In this document: piece after piece, positions 30,572 through 41,162 of the stretch
Layout: each line of letters begins with the position of its first letter
Numbering within the stretch: the stretch's first letter is position 1
From: Desulfurococcales archaeon
GTDB lineage: Archaea; Thermoproteota; Thermoprotei_A; Sulfolobales; NBVN01
Length of the DNA: 64,000 nt
Assembly (NCBI GenBank): GCA_015523295.1
Contig: WAKQ01000002.1
Span: forward strand, 3,424-67,423
Reading direction: 5' to 3'
The notes under the pieces: model-generated
Told to the model about the DNA's origin: nothing
Seen by the model: only the letters and a program-made list of their open reading frames with translations
The model's database searches: none
Position numbers and translations under genes: made by a program

Positions 30572-31233
30572 ATGTGCATGCCGCTTGTTGTAGCTGTGCT
30601 TGTAGCCTTATGTTTACCTATAACTGTGCTCGTTCCTGCAAGCCTTATTGTCAGCGTAGGGACTAACAAGCTCAGAAAAAGCTCAGATGTGCTTCTAGGC
30701 ATGCTTATGCAGGTACTAATACTAGGATTCACACTGATTGTTGCCCTGCTTATCTCAAGAGGTCTAGGCATACTAGGCTCACTTTCCCTTCCACCAGTGG
30801 AGCTCTTAGAAGGCGTAGCTCTTGCATTACTAATCGCTCTAGTAGCATATGACCTTGGAGGAATGAGTACTAGTAAATGTGAGCCCCCACTTAAGCTAAG
30901 GAGTATCTGGGAGTACGTTCTCCTAGCATTCATAGCCGCACCGCTGGGAGAAGAGCTACTTTTCCGAGGCCAGTAGAAGGCTATCTACTGGGTAATGGAG
31001 CCACAATACGGCTTGCAGTCCTCGTGCCAACCGTCCTTTTCTCCATAATCCATGTCCAACCCTTTAAGTCCTCTGGAAAAAGATGTATAGCCCAAGTGGT
31101 CTTGCTTGCCTTCATCTTAGGTCTTGTGGTAGGATTCTTCAGAGCCTCCTCAGGCTCCATACTCCTCCCTTTTATAGTACATGCTGTAAGTAATGCTTCA
31201 GGAGCTATACATTACGTTCGGACCTCCACTTAG
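30572..31233 (+). pseudogene. frameshifted CPBP (CAAX/Abi) intramembrane protease
   Basis: EELLFRG then a stop; the shifted frame continues VEGYLLG...FSIIH...HAVSN; a 1-nt loss near 30971 explains it. Confidence 0.8.
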
Positions 31234-31858
31234 TCCCGAAGTAGTGAGTTTGCTCACCAAAACTCAGAACACCTTACCTATAGAAATTGCTCCAAACTCA
31301 CTCGGTAGCTACTGTCTTGTCTTAACTGCTGATTCGGTTCCCAATTTCCACACCTTATGCATGGTGTTGTCCACGATCCTGACTTTACTTACCTCCCTTA
31401 ACTCTCTCAGGAAACCTCTAGAGTCACTCCAGCCTACGCCCAACTTCCCCCACGTTATGTGTAGTAGGCAAAGTAATTGAGGGTCCCAGCATTTCTCCTG
31501 TAGAATACCTACTTGTGCATGACCTTAAGGAACTCAAACGGCTGCTTACCGAGGTGCTTACGCAGGTACTTACACGTCCGAGGACTCCCTAAAAGCAATA
31601 TCAAGACTTCAGTACCTCTGCATGTTAAAGACAATGAGCGTGTACTTAATTTCCTACAATATTCTTCATGAGCAAGCAGGTCGGCCTCATTAAGAATACA
31701 TGTGAAAAAGTATCAACGGTTCTTTCTCTTGATGTAGTTTTTCGATTTAAGGTAGGTAATTCGTGAATTCCAAGGGCAACGACTTACTACACTATGACGA
31801 AGTTAAATAAATAAAATAATTATTTACCTTCGGCAAGGGATTCGTTTGGGCGTAGGAA

Positions 31859-32518
31859 ATGGATGTTGAGGCGATTAGGAATAGTTTATTTCTAAATATC
31901 GAAGAGGTGAGAAAGGTTCTAGAGGAGAAAGACGGAGTTAGAGAATCCATTATCAAGTTAGGAAGGGATGTGATCAGGGAATCAGGCTACGTAATAACAT
32001 CAATTCACTCCAATAGGCTGGAAGACGCTTTAAGCCACCTCAAGACAATGAAAGATATCTTCAACAAGATCTGGGACTTAAGTAGCAAGTTCCCTGAGCT
32101 AAGATATTCAGGCCTTATGAATAACATAGCTTCTGAATATGTTGAGGCAATAGCGTTTTATAGCCTGATAACTGAAGGTAAAATCCCTAGCCTAGAAGAC
32201 CTTGGAGTGAATGGTGTTCACTATATTCAAGGCCTGCTCGACGTAGTAGGGGAGTTAAAGAGGTTCATCCTGGACAGGCTGAGAGAAGAGGACTTTAAGA
32301 TCCCTCTGGAGTTTTTCAGAGTTGCCGAGCTGATCTATGAGCTCACGAAATCCCTTGACTTTCCTGAACCTATACTTCCCGGCATTAGAAGGAAGGTCGA
32401 CGTGGCTAGATCTGTGGTTGAGTCCCTTAGAACACTTCTTACAGATATAAAGTCCAGAAGGGAGTTAATTCAGGTACTTAATGAGTGCTTGAGGAGTACT
32501 GAAAAAGCAATTAAGTAG
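31859..32518 (+). CDS. translin-family protein
   Basis: EYVEA, YIQGLLDVVGELKR and RRKVDVAR motifs. Confidence 0.88.
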   Translation: MDVEAIRNSLFLNIEEVRKVLEEKDGVRESIIKLGRDVIRESGYVITSIHSNRLEDALSHLKTMKDIFNKIWDLSSKFPELRYSGLMNNIASEYVEAIAFYSLITEGKIPSLEDLGVNGVHYIQGLLDVVGELKRFILDRLREEDFKIPLEFFRVAELIYELTKSLDFPEPILPGIRRKVDVARSVVESLRTLLTDIKSRRELIQVLNECLRSTEKAIK

Positions 32519-32520
32519 TT

Positions 32521-32650
32521 TGGTCCCCCGGGAGGGATTCGAACCCCCGACCGCCCGGTTTCTGCCGGAGGGCCCTGGTTCCAGGTAAGGCATACCTGTA
32601 CCCTCCGGGGCTGACTACAGCCGGGCGCTCTACCGCTGAGCTACCGGGGG
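32521..32650 (-). tRNA. tRNA-Tyr(GTA) with 55-nt intron at 37/38
   Basis: C1-G72 acceptor pair; CCCGG-CT-GTA-G[intron]A-CCGGG; ends ACCA. Confidence 0.93.
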
Positions 32651-32757
32651 ATCCATTAGGTTTTTGACTGAGGGGATTATAAGGGTTCCCGTCTGTTTAA
32701 ATGGCTTGATAAGGGTATGGGTTTTTATGTGGTTCACGAAGGAGTTGATTCCTAGGG

Positions 32758-33288
32758 ATGGTAGTGCTGTTCAGGAAGAAGAGTCTAGATAGGTCGGTTG
32801 CTAGAAGAGAAATGGCTAAGATTGTTATTGATTTGAAGCAATTGCATAAGAGGGCCTTTTACTACAGAGAAAGACTTGAGTCCAAGGTGAGAGAGTTGAA
32901 GGGGAAACTTCCTTATATAGATGATGAACGCTTAAAGAAGAGTCTTATAGAAAATATCCGCATGTACGAAAACGCACTTAAAGTTGTTTCCAATATAGAA
33001 GCAGCCCTTGAACTCCTTATAATCAGGTTGGAGACTTTAGGACTCCTCGGGATGACCGTAAAAGAAATGATTATGATTAAAGAAGTTTTGAAGAAGCTGA
33101 GAGGTTCAACTGAATGGATTTCAGATCTCTCACTGATAGCGGAGGACATTAGTGAAAGAGTGGGTGATCTACTTGAGTTCTTTCCAGCACCTCAACACAC
33201 TGTGATTAGTGCATCAGCTGAGGCTGAAAAAATAATTAAGGAGGCTGAGGTAATAGCTAAGGAGAAATACTCACTTACTACTGCATGA
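32758..33288 (+). CDS. ESCRT-III / CdvB-like paralogue
   Basis: Helical hairpin, LELLIIRLETL, C-terminal AEAEKIIKEA. Confidence 0.65.
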   Translation: MVVLFRKKSLDRSVARREMAKIVIDLKQLHKRAFYYRERLESKVRELKGKLPYIDDERLKKSLIENIRMYENALKVVSNIEAALELLIIRLETLGLLGMTVKEMIMIKEVLKKLRGSTEWISDLSLIAEDISERVGDLLEFFPAPQHTVISASAEAEKIIKEAEVIAKEKYSLTTA

Positions 33289-33955
33289 CCAATATGTAGG
33301 TCTCGTCCTCCTTTCTAAGAATGCCATTATTTACTAGCAAACGTATCGCATCCTTAAAGTAATCCTCTCCAACATCAAGATCGAACCATTCCATGAACCC
33401 CTTAATTAGTTCTTGATATGTCCACCTCTTACGCCCATACTTACCTTCCTCAAAGAGCATCTTCTTGAAGAATTGGTAAGTGTCCTCAAGCCTCGTCCAG
33501 GGATATTGGAACCATATCCACTCTTTAACTTCAATGAAGTAGTAGTCTGGTTTAAACTTGGCGGCTGATGATATCCATTGAAGGACGGCGACCTTCACCT
33601 CTGAAGGGCCCCAATTCTTAAGGATATAGTTCTTAGCCAATAGCAGGGATTCCCCTGTGTCCACAATGTCATCCACTAACAGCACCTTCATACCATTCAA
33701 ATCTATTTTATACGGGTATTTGATAATCGCTCTTTCTTCAGCTTTCGCTGCTTCTGTCCAGTGCTGTGACTGAATTGAGGTAAGGTTATTCACCATCATG
33801 AAATCGCAGAGAAGCCTTGCAGGCACATATCCGCCTCTAGCTACAGCCACCACAACATCCGGCCTGAACCCGGATTCTATCACCTTATTAGCCAACCCCC
33901 TCGACCATCTGACAACTTCATCCCAAGTCACAAGCTGAGTTCTTATCTTAGCCAT
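33278..33955 (-). CDS. purine phosphoribosyltransferase family protein
   Basis: VARGG, VLLVDDIVDTGES and WFQYPW motifs. Confidence 0.92.
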   Translation of the reverse strand: MAKIRTQLVTWDEVVRWSRGLANKVIESGFRPDVVVAVARGGYVPARLLCDFMMVNNLTSIQSQHWTEAAKAEERAIIKYPYKIDLNGMKVLLVDDIVDTGESLLLAKNYILKNWGPSEVKVAVLQWISSAAKFKPDYYFIEVKEWIWFQYPWTRLEDTYQFFKKMLFEEGKYGRKRWTYQELIKGFMEWFDLDVGEDYFKDAIRLLVNNGILRKEDETYILVMQ

Positions 33956-34050
33956 CTAGTATGCTCCCTCCTTATTCCTTAGGCCGTTAAGATAGATAAG
34001 GGTTTTGCTAGCCAAGTAAATTCATATTATACCCAAGGCCAACTTATCGT

Positions 34051-35904
34051 TTGGTGTATCACTTGGTTTATGGATGGAGCGGGAAGGCACTATATATAGA
34101 TATAGGTCGGGAAGAATACAAGAAGATCTCATTATCTTCCGCAGTTCTCCGTATGTTCATCGGGGGCAGAGGCCTCGCAGCTAAACTCCTTTGGGATCTC
34201 AACCCAGTTGGAGTTGAACCGCTATCACCTGAGAACCACCTCATATTATCCACTGGTCCCCTCACCGGATATCCAATACCTTCATCAGGCAAGCTCGTAA
34301 TAGCGTCTAAATCCCCTCTTACTGGAGGTTATGGAGATGGGAATGTGGGAACCAAGGCGGCTGTTGAGCTTAGGAAGAGCGGGGTAGATGCGGTAATTAT
34401 TAAGGGTGCATTTCAAAGACCTTCGCTTATACGAATCACATGCAAAGGGGTTGAGTTCCTGAATGGTGACGAGTACTGGGGCCTTACGGCTCACGAGACC
34501 GAAAGCAAATTGAGGAAGGAATTTGGCTCTAAACCTGCCTACCTTTACATAGGACCCGCTGGGGAGAACTTAGTTAAATATGCAACCATAATAAGCGAGT
34601 ATGGCCGTTCAGGAGGTAGACCCGGTATGGGGGCGGTGGCTGGCTCCAAAAAGTTAAAGGCAGTTATTATTGAGGGTTGCAACCTTCCTGAAGCTGCTGA
34701 TAAGGACGCCCTTCTAAAAGCCGGGGCTGAAGCCTATATAGACCTCAAGAAGAAACCTTCCTATAGCTTTTGGGTAAGACAAGGAACCATGTCCACGATC
34801 GCGTGGTCACAGAAGAACTCAGCACTGCCTACCTATAACTTCAGGGAAGCAGTGTTTGATGGTTATGAAAACATCACCGGTGATGTGATGGAGAAGCTGA
34901 GAGTTAGGAATGAGGCATGCCCCTACTGCAATATGCCCTGCAGGAATTACATAGAGTATGAGGTAGACGGAAGTAAGAAGATAGCTGAAATGGATTACGA
35001 GCCTACAGCTCTCTTCGGATCAAATCTCGGGATATCCGACATGAACGCCGTAGCCCACCTTTCAGACTTAGCAGATGATATGGGGCTTGATGCCATAAGC
35101 ACAGGCAACGTTCTCGGCTTTGCTATAGAGGCGAGCCAACACGGGTTGATCGAGGAGAAGATAGAATGGGGCGACTATGATAGGATTAAGGACCTCATAA
35201 TCGATATCGCCCATAGGGAAGGCATGGGCGATGACCTCGCCAACGGGGTTGCGTGGCTCTCTAGAAAGTTAGGGCATGGCAGTGAAAGATATGCGATGCA
35301 CGTGAAGGGCCTTGAAATCTCAGCATATGACTGCCATGCAGCTCCCGGAATGGCGCTCGCTTACGGCACGAGCAGCATAGGAGCTCACCATAAGGACGCT
35401 TGGTTTATATCCCTTGAAATACAGATGGGCCGCGATAGCTACGCTCCTGAGAAGGCGGATAAGCTTGTATGGATGCAGAACATTAGGGGAGGGCTTTTCG
35501 AGTCGTTCGTAACTTGCAGGCTCCCATGGGTGGAACTCGGGCTGGACCTTGACTACTACCTGAGATTCCTTAAAGCAGCCACAGGTGTTAGCTTCACATG
35601 GGATGAACTTCACACAATAGCGAATAGGATATATGCATTAATAAGATCTTTCTGGATTAGGGAGTTCAGAGCTAAGGGGATAGAATGGAATAGAATGTTT
35701 GACTACCCACCAGATAGGTGGTTTGAGGAGCCTCTTACCCAAGGACCATTAGCGGGTTCAAAACTAGATAGAAAAGGCTATGATAAGCTCCTCAGTAGAT
35801 ACTATGAAATTAGAGGATGGGATCAGAACGGCGTCCCCAAAAAAGATACTCTTGAATCACTAGGGCTTCCAGAGGTGGCTAATTTAATCCATGGAAGCAA
35901 TTGA
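34051..35904 (+). CDS. aor: tungsten aldehyde:ferredoxin oxidoreductase
   Basis: KSPLTGG, IGPAGENLV, GRPGMGAVAGSKKLK, CPYCNMPC and DDMGLD motifs. Confidence 0.95.
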   Translation: MVYHLVYGWSGKALYIDIGREEYKKISLSSAVLRMFIGGRGLAAKLLWDLNPVGVEPLSPENHLILSTGPLTGYPIPSSGKLVIASKSPLTGGYGDGNVGTKAAVELRKSGVDAVIIKGAFQRPSLIRITCKGVEFLNGDEYWGLTAHETESKLRKEFGSKPAYLYIGPAGENLVKYATIISEYGRSGGRPGMGAVAGSKKLKAVIIEGCNLPEAADKDALLKAGAEAYIDLKKKPSYSFWVRQGTMSTIAWSQKNSALPTYNFREAVFDGYENITGDVMEKLRVRNEACPYCNMPCRNYIEYEVDGSKKIAEMDYEPTALFGSNLGISDMNAVAHLSDLADDMGLDAISTGNVLGFAIEASQHGLIEEKIEWGDYDRIKDLIIDIAHREGMGDDLANGVAWLSRKLGHGSERYAMHVKGLEISAYDCHAAPGMALAYGTSSIGAHHKDAWFISLEIQMGRDSYAPEKADKLVWMQNIRGGLFESFVTCRLPWVELGLDLDYYLRFLKAATGVSFTWDELHTIANRIYALIRSFWIREFRAKGIEWNRMFDYPPDRWFEEPLTQGPLAGSKLDRKGYDKLLSRYYEIRGWDQNGVPKKDTLESLGLPEVANLIHGSN

Positions 35905-35982
35905 TAACTAGTTAGCTTTCAGCGCTATTAAGTCGACCTGCGATGTGAATTAACTTAATTAACGGATGAAGAGATAGAAATA

Positions 35983-36034
35983 GGGAGAGCCCCATGACTG
36001 AGCCTTAAGGCTCCGCGTGATTGGGGCCTCTCCC
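35983..36034 (+). other. GC-rich hairpin with K-turn-like internal loop
   Basis: gggagag-c-ccca-TGA-ct-gagcc-ttaa-ggctc-cgcg-TGA-t-tgggg-c-ctctccc. Confidence 0.5.
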
Positions 36035-36107
36035 GGAAGGGCTTTTAATAGCTACGGTTTTTAAAGCCAATCCTAACGCTTATTAGACAACCCGTCAAAT
36101 AGGTGAG

Positions 36108-39100
36108 GTGGTGATCATTACCGACCTAGGGAGGTTTAGAATTAAAGACATTGAAAAAGAAGTGAAAAAATACTGGAGCACCAATGAAATCCCCGCAAAA
36201 TGGAGATCTATAAACAAAGAAAGACCTACCTATTCCTTCCTCGAAGGCCCACCAACGGCTAATGGGTTTCCTCACATAGGTCATCTACGAGGCCGTATAT
36301 ATAAAGACATGGTTTTAAAGTACTATAGGCTGAAAGGCTTTAATGTCTGGGCTCAGGCCGGCTGGGACGAGCAAGGACTTCCTGTAGAAGTTGAAGTGGA
36401 GAAAAAACTCGGTATAAAGCATAAGAAAGAAATAGGTGAGAAAATAGGTTTTGATGAGTTCGTCAGGAAGTGTAACGAGTTAGTTGATTACTACCTGAGT
36501 TTCTGGAGAAAGTACGCCACCGAGGAAATCGGTCTATGGCTAGACCTCGAAAATGCTTATGAAACACGGAAAGCGTGGTACATAAACCATGTGTGGCACT
36601 TCATTAAAGAAGCATATGAGAAGGGCCTAATATATGAAGGATATAGGGTACTGCCTTATTGCCCACGATGTGAAACAGCGTTAAGCGATGCTGAGGTTGA
36701 TCAAGGGTATCAAGAGAAGATATCACCTTCCATCTACGTTAAGTTCAAAGTGGAAGGAGAAAGGGGCACTTACCTCATTATCTGGACTACTACTCCTTGG
36801 ACAATTGTAGATAACGAAGCTGTGGCGGTCAACCCTGAGGGAACGTATTGCAAGGTCAGGGTAGGCGATGAATATTGGTGGATAGCTGAGAACAGGGTGA
36901 AAGAGGTTATGGATCTTTCAGGGGTGAAGGAGTGGAGTTGTGTTGAGAGAGTCAAGGGCTCGACCCTGGAAGGACTCAGGTATGAACATCCACTAATGAA
37001 TGAGGTACCCATCCATAAGACCCATAAGAATGCACACTATGTCGTCCTCGCCGAATATGTATCCCTGGATGAAGGAACTGGGTTAGTGCATACAGCACCC
37101 GGCCACGGACCTGAAGACTATGAGACAGGGGTAAAGTACGGCTTACCCATAACCAGCAACGTCGAAATTAACGGCGTATTTAACGAGAAGGGAGGGGTGT
37201 TCAAGGGACTATACGTTGACGAAGCATCGAGGAAAGTTATTGAAATCCTCAAGAATAAACGCCTTCTGGTTCATGAAGGAACGATAAAACATCAATATCC
37301 TCATTGCTGGAGATGCCATACCCCACTCATCTACAGGGCCGGCAGACAATGGTTTCTGAAAGTAACCGCAGTCAAGGAAAGACTTCTCCAGGAGCTATCC
37401 AAAGTAAATATATATCCAACTAAACTTAGAGCCAGGTTCGATAATTGGGTCGCCAACGCTAAAGACTGGACAATATCAAGGTCTAGAATATGGGGGACTC
37501 CACTACCCATATGGAAATGCAGGAGTGATCCCAAGAAGGTCTTAGTCATCGGATCTCTCGACGAGCTGAAGAACTATGCAGCCTTTCTGCCGAAAGTAAA
37601 AGACGATGAACTCGTTCATCGCCCATGGATTGATGAGGTCAAAATTGTTACGGACGACTGCCAAGAATGGGTTAGAGAGCCTTTTGTAGTTGATGTATGG
37701 ATCGACAGTGGAATGGCTTGGTTAGCATCCGTCAACGGCCTTAAAAATCAGGAAGTGTGGAGAAAGCTCTTCCCATATAACTTCATAACTGAAGGTATCG
37801 ATCAGACCAGAGGATGGTTTTACTCACTCCTGGTTACGTCCGTCATCCTAACAGGCCAGGCTCCTTACAAGGATATACTCATGCAGGGATTAGTGCTCGA
37901 CAAATACGGCAGAAAGATGACTAAGCACCTTGGCAATGTTGTATGGGGCAAGGACGCAATCGAGAGATACGGCGTTGACCAGTTGAGGCTATACATTCTT
38001 TCAAGCTATCCTCCAGGCGAGCCCTTCATATTTAACTTGGAGGAATTAAAGGAGCCTCTTTCTAAGCTAAACATTATATGGAACGTTTACAGGTTCGCGA
38101 ACACGTATATGGAATTAGATAAATTCAATCCTGAAGTCCATGACCTGAAGGAATTGATTAAGAATGCCAAGAAGGAAGATCTCTGGATAATTTCCAGGGT
38201 CAATACCGTTCAGAAAGAGGTAGATGAGTATATGAAGCATTATGACCTTCATCTAGCTACGAGGGCGGTGATCAATTTCTTCATTGAAGACCTTAGCCAT
38301 AATTATTTGAGGTTGGTGAGACCTAGGGTATGGAGGGAGGAAGGTGATGATAAATATGTCGTTTACGCAGCACTTTACTACACCCTTAAAAAAGGCCTTC
38401 AAATGCTCTCACCCATCACACCGCATTTTGCTGAGGCTTTATGGCTACGTTTCATCAAGAAGTTCGAACCGAAGGAGGCTGAGAGCATCCACCTTAGCAG
38501 ACTTGCCGATGTAGAAGCCGATTTAATAAATACACGCCTTGAGAAGGTATTTAACGAAGTTTTCAGGGCTTCAAGCTTCATAGCCTCCCTAAGGAATGCC
38601 GCAGGTATAAAGCTAAGATGGCCGTTAAAGGTAGCCTATCTAAAGGTGAGCGATAAAGAAATCAAGAGCATGTTAGAAGAAGGTGTTGAGACACTTAAGT
38701 TCTTGACTAATATTAAGCATTTAGAAATTGTTGAGGAATTGCCGGCTGAGTGCAAGAGCAAAGAGTTCCTTACCATGAGCAATGAATCGATGGAGGGCTG
38801 TATCCCTTCAAGACTAGATAAGGATACATATATGGAAGCCCTTGCGAGAGAGATAATTAGGAGAATTCAAGTTATGAGAAATGAGGCTGATCTCCGAGTT
38901 GATGAGTTTATAGAGGTATGGATAAAGACGAACGATGAGGACATTGTGAAATCCATTGAGAGATTGAGAGATTACATAATGAATGAAGTCAGAGCGAGAA
39001 AGCTTGTGATCGGTAAGATAGGGAGTAAGGGGCTTATTAAGGAATGGGATGTTGAAGGTAAGAAAATAACCATCGGAATTCAAAGGGCTGGTCAAGATGC

Positions 39101-39110
39101 TGCTGGTTAG
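36108..39110 (+). CDS. ileS: isoleucine--tRNA ligase
   Basis: GPPTANGFPHIGH, WTTTPWT, DQTRGWF and KMTKH motifs. Confidence 0.98.
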   Translation: MVIITDLGRFRIKDIEKEVKKYWSTNEIPAKWRSINKERPTYSFLEGPPTANGFPHIGHLRGRIYKDMVLKYYRLKGFNVWAQAGWDEQGLPVEVEVEKKLGIKHKKEIGEKIGFDEFVRKCNELVDYYLSFWRKYATEEIGLWLDLENAYETRKAWYINHVWHFIKEAYEKGLIYEGYRVLPYCPRCETALSDAEVDQGYQEKISPSIYVKFKVEGERGTYLIIWTTTPWTIVDNEAVAVNPEGTYCKVRVGDEYWWIAENRVKEVMDLSGVKEWSCVERVKGSTLEGLRYEHPLMNEVPIHKTHKNAHYVVLAEYVSLDEGTGLVHTAPGHGPEDYETGVKYGLPITSNVEINGVFNEKGGVFKGLYVDEASRKVIEILKNKRLLVHEGTIKHQYPHCWRCHTPLIYRAGRQWFLKVTAVKERLLQELSKVNIYPTKLRARFDNWVANAKDWTISRSRIWGTPLPIWKCRSDPKKVLVIGSLDELKNYAAFLPKVKDDELVHRPWIDEVKIVTDDCQEWVREPFVVDVWIDSGMAWLASVNGLKNQEVWRKLFPYNFITEGIDQTRGWFYSLLVTSVILTGQAPYKDILMQGLVLDKYGRKMTKHLGNVVWGKDAIERYGVDQLRLYILSSYPPGEPFIFNLEELKEPLSKLNIIWNVYRFANTYMELDKFNPEVHDLKELIKNAKKEDLWIISRVNTVQKEVDEYMKHYDLHLATRAVINFFIEDLSHNYLRLVRPRVWREEGDDKYVVYAALYYTLKKGLQMLSPITPHFAEALWLRFIKKFEPKEAESIHLSRLADVEADLINTRLEKVFNEVFRASSFIASLRNAAGIKLRWPLKVAYLKVSDKEIKSMLEEGVETLKFLTNIKHLEIVEELPAECKSKEFLTMSNESMEGCIPSRLDKDTYMEALAREIIRRIQVMRNEADLRVDEFIEVWIKTNDEDIVKSIERLRDYIMNEVRARKLVIGKIGSKGLIKEWDVEGKKITIGIQRAGQDAAG

Positions 39111-40059
39111 CGGCTCCCTAAACTACGATGTTACCTTCGAAGTTAATGCCTTTGCTCCTCCTAAAGCGATAGTCAGGAAGATTTCCCGTTATTTAGGAGG
39201 TTCGGGAGGTAATGCAGCTGTAGCTGCTGCGAGGATCTTAGGCCCTAGGAAAGTCTTCTTCTTAGGGTCTGTAGGGAATGACGATATAGGTGAAATGCAC
39301 CTAAAATCCCTAGCTGAGGAAGGCTTGATAACCCAATACATTAGAGTAGTTGATGGGGTTGAGTCCGGTCAAGCCTTCGTAGCAGTAAGACCAGATGGTG
39401 AAACAGCCATCTACAGCTACTATGGCGCAAATCAGTATATTACAAGCGATGCTCTATCTAAAATCCTGCCGAAAATCCAAGCGACTCTTATTATGAATCC
39501 CCCTCTGCCAGTGGCTCGCGAGATTGCATTACAAGCAAAGTCGTTTGGAAAAAAGATATTTTGGGATCCCGGTGCCTTAGCTTATAAAGGAATTGATGAA
39601 CTAGGTGATATTATTAGGCACACGGATTACTTTATGCCTAACTTAAATGAACTTCTAATACTAACCGGGGAGAATAGCCTCACAGACGCGTTGAACAGAA
39701 TTAAGGAAATCAATCCGAGACTTAAGGTTATACTTAAGAGAGGGGCTGAGGGAGCATCCTTCCATTATCTGAGAACTGGAGAAGAGATAAAGATCCCTGC
39801 TATACCACCTGAGGCTCTAGGGCTAGGAGGTATCGTATCGACGGTGGGATGTGGTGATACGCTGACCGGGTCTTTCACAGCTTTGATGCTTAGGGGTTTC
39901 AACGAGAGGGATTCTCTACTTCTCTCAGTATGTGCCGCTGCTGTCAATCTAGCCTTTGAAGGTCCTAGAAATTCCCCCACATACAACGAACTTCTTAATA
40001 AGTATTCACCTTTATGCAGGAGTTATGTGGAAAAGCGCGTGGGACTTCATTCCCAGTAG
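39097..40059 (+). CDS. PfkB-family carbohydrate/nucleoside kinase
   Basis: GGSGGNAAV and STVGCGDT motifs. Confidence 0.92.
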   Translation: MLLVSGSLNYDVTFEVNAFAPPKAIVRKISRYLGGSGGNAAVAAARILGPRKVFFLGSVGNDDIGEMHLKSLAEEGLITQYIRVVDGVESGQAFVAVRPDGETAIYSYYGANQYITSDALSKILPKIQATLIMNPPLPVAREIALQAKSFGKKIFWDPGALAYKGIDELGDIIRHTDYFMPNLNELLILTGENSLTDALNRIKEINPRLKVILKRGAEGASFHYLRTGEEIKIPAIPPEALGLGGIVSTVGCGDTLTGSFTALMLRGFNERDSLLLSVCAAAVNLAFEGPRNSPTYNELLNKYSPLCRSYVEKRVGLHSQ

Positions 40060-40157
40060 ATATATAGATTCAGCAGAACAACAGTGTTTTGAGTAAGGTT
40101 TAAGTAATTATTAGGAGTTTTAATTAACTAAGAAATTAACTAAGAGAGGCTTCCACA

Positions 40158-41162
40158 ATGCACTCCACACATACATGCGATGAAGCTTTTGAAAGAGTTG
40201 AGAAGATCGCTAAAGACCTGAAAAGCGGGGCTATACTAGGTTCTACTGAAGCCGCTTTCGTAGTTTTCAGGGAGATTAGGGAAGCTTCGACCGCATGTGG
40301 TAAATTATTTAGTAAATACCTCCTGCAGGCACTTCCCTCTTTTATAGAGGCAAGGCCTACATCAATAATAATGAAAAACCTAATTCGGAATTACCTTGAA
40401 GAGCTGATTAAAGAAGCGAGTGAACATGGTTTCGATGAGGCTAGAGGAAGAACCCCTGAGATAATAGATAGCATTCTAGGAGATGTGACAAAAGTTCAGG
40501 AAGCTGTAGCAAGAGTGGGAGCTAAGAGGGTTACTGATGATGGCACAATTCTTATTCACTCGTACAGCAGTACCGTGTTGAAGCTTCTTGAGATCGCTAA
40601 AGAGTCCGGGAAAAGATTCAAAGTATTTGTTACAGAGTCCAGGCCTATTGGAGAAGGTAAAGTTGCGGCGAGCAGGCTGGGCGCCTTGGGAATTGATACT
40701 ACCTTAATTGTAGATTCCGCAGTGAGATATATAATGAAGAAAATAAGCGATGTTTTCTTCAGTGCAGATGCTGTAGCTGCTAATGGAGCGGTGGTCAACA
40801 AGATAGGCACCTCAGCAATAGCGCTAGCAGCTAAGGAGGCGAGAGTCAGAACCTATGTAGCTGCAGGAACATATAAGTTCGGCCTAGAGACCGTCTTTGG
40901 AGAACTGGTGGAAGGTATGGTGCTCAGTGACGCCCGCCTTATAATACCTCCTGAGAAGGTGAATGAGCTGGCTGGGAGGGTGCTCGTTCGCGCGCCCCTC
41001 TTCGATGTCACCCCGCCAGAATATGTAGACGCAATAATCACTGAGATTGGCGTCATAGCACCTCAAGCAATTCCTCTTGTAATCAAGGAGATTTATGGGT
41101 GGCCTCCTAAGGTTGTGAGCCTTGATTCACTGCTAGAAGAGGTGAGAAAACATGCCAGTTAA
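40158..41162 (+). CDS. eIF2B/R15P-isomerase family paralogue (catalytically degenerate)
   Basis: ESRP, NKIGT and FDVTP present; HSYS replaces HCHS and ILGS replaces IRGA. Confidence 0.85.
   Translation: MHSTHTCDEAFERVEKIAKDLKSGAILGSTEAAFVVFREIREASTACGKLFSKYLLQALPSFIEARPTSIIMKNLIRNYLEELIKEASEHGFDEARGRTPEIIDSILGDVTKVQEAVARVGAKRVTDDGTILIHSYSSTVLKLLEIAKESGKRFKVFVTESRPIGEGKVAASRLGALGIDTTLIVDSAVRYIMKKISDVFFSADAVAANGAVVNKIGTSAIALAAKEARVRTYVAAGTYKFGLETVFGELVEGMVLSDARLIIPPEKVNELAGRVLVRAPLFDVTPPEYVDAIITEIGVIAPQAIPLVIKEIYGWPPKVVSLDSLLEEVRKHAS

Noticed and set aside
30974-30976. TAG in the CPBP gene as possible pyrrolysine or readthrough
   Set aside because: The downstream motifs are in a different frame, so this is a frameshift rather than readthrough
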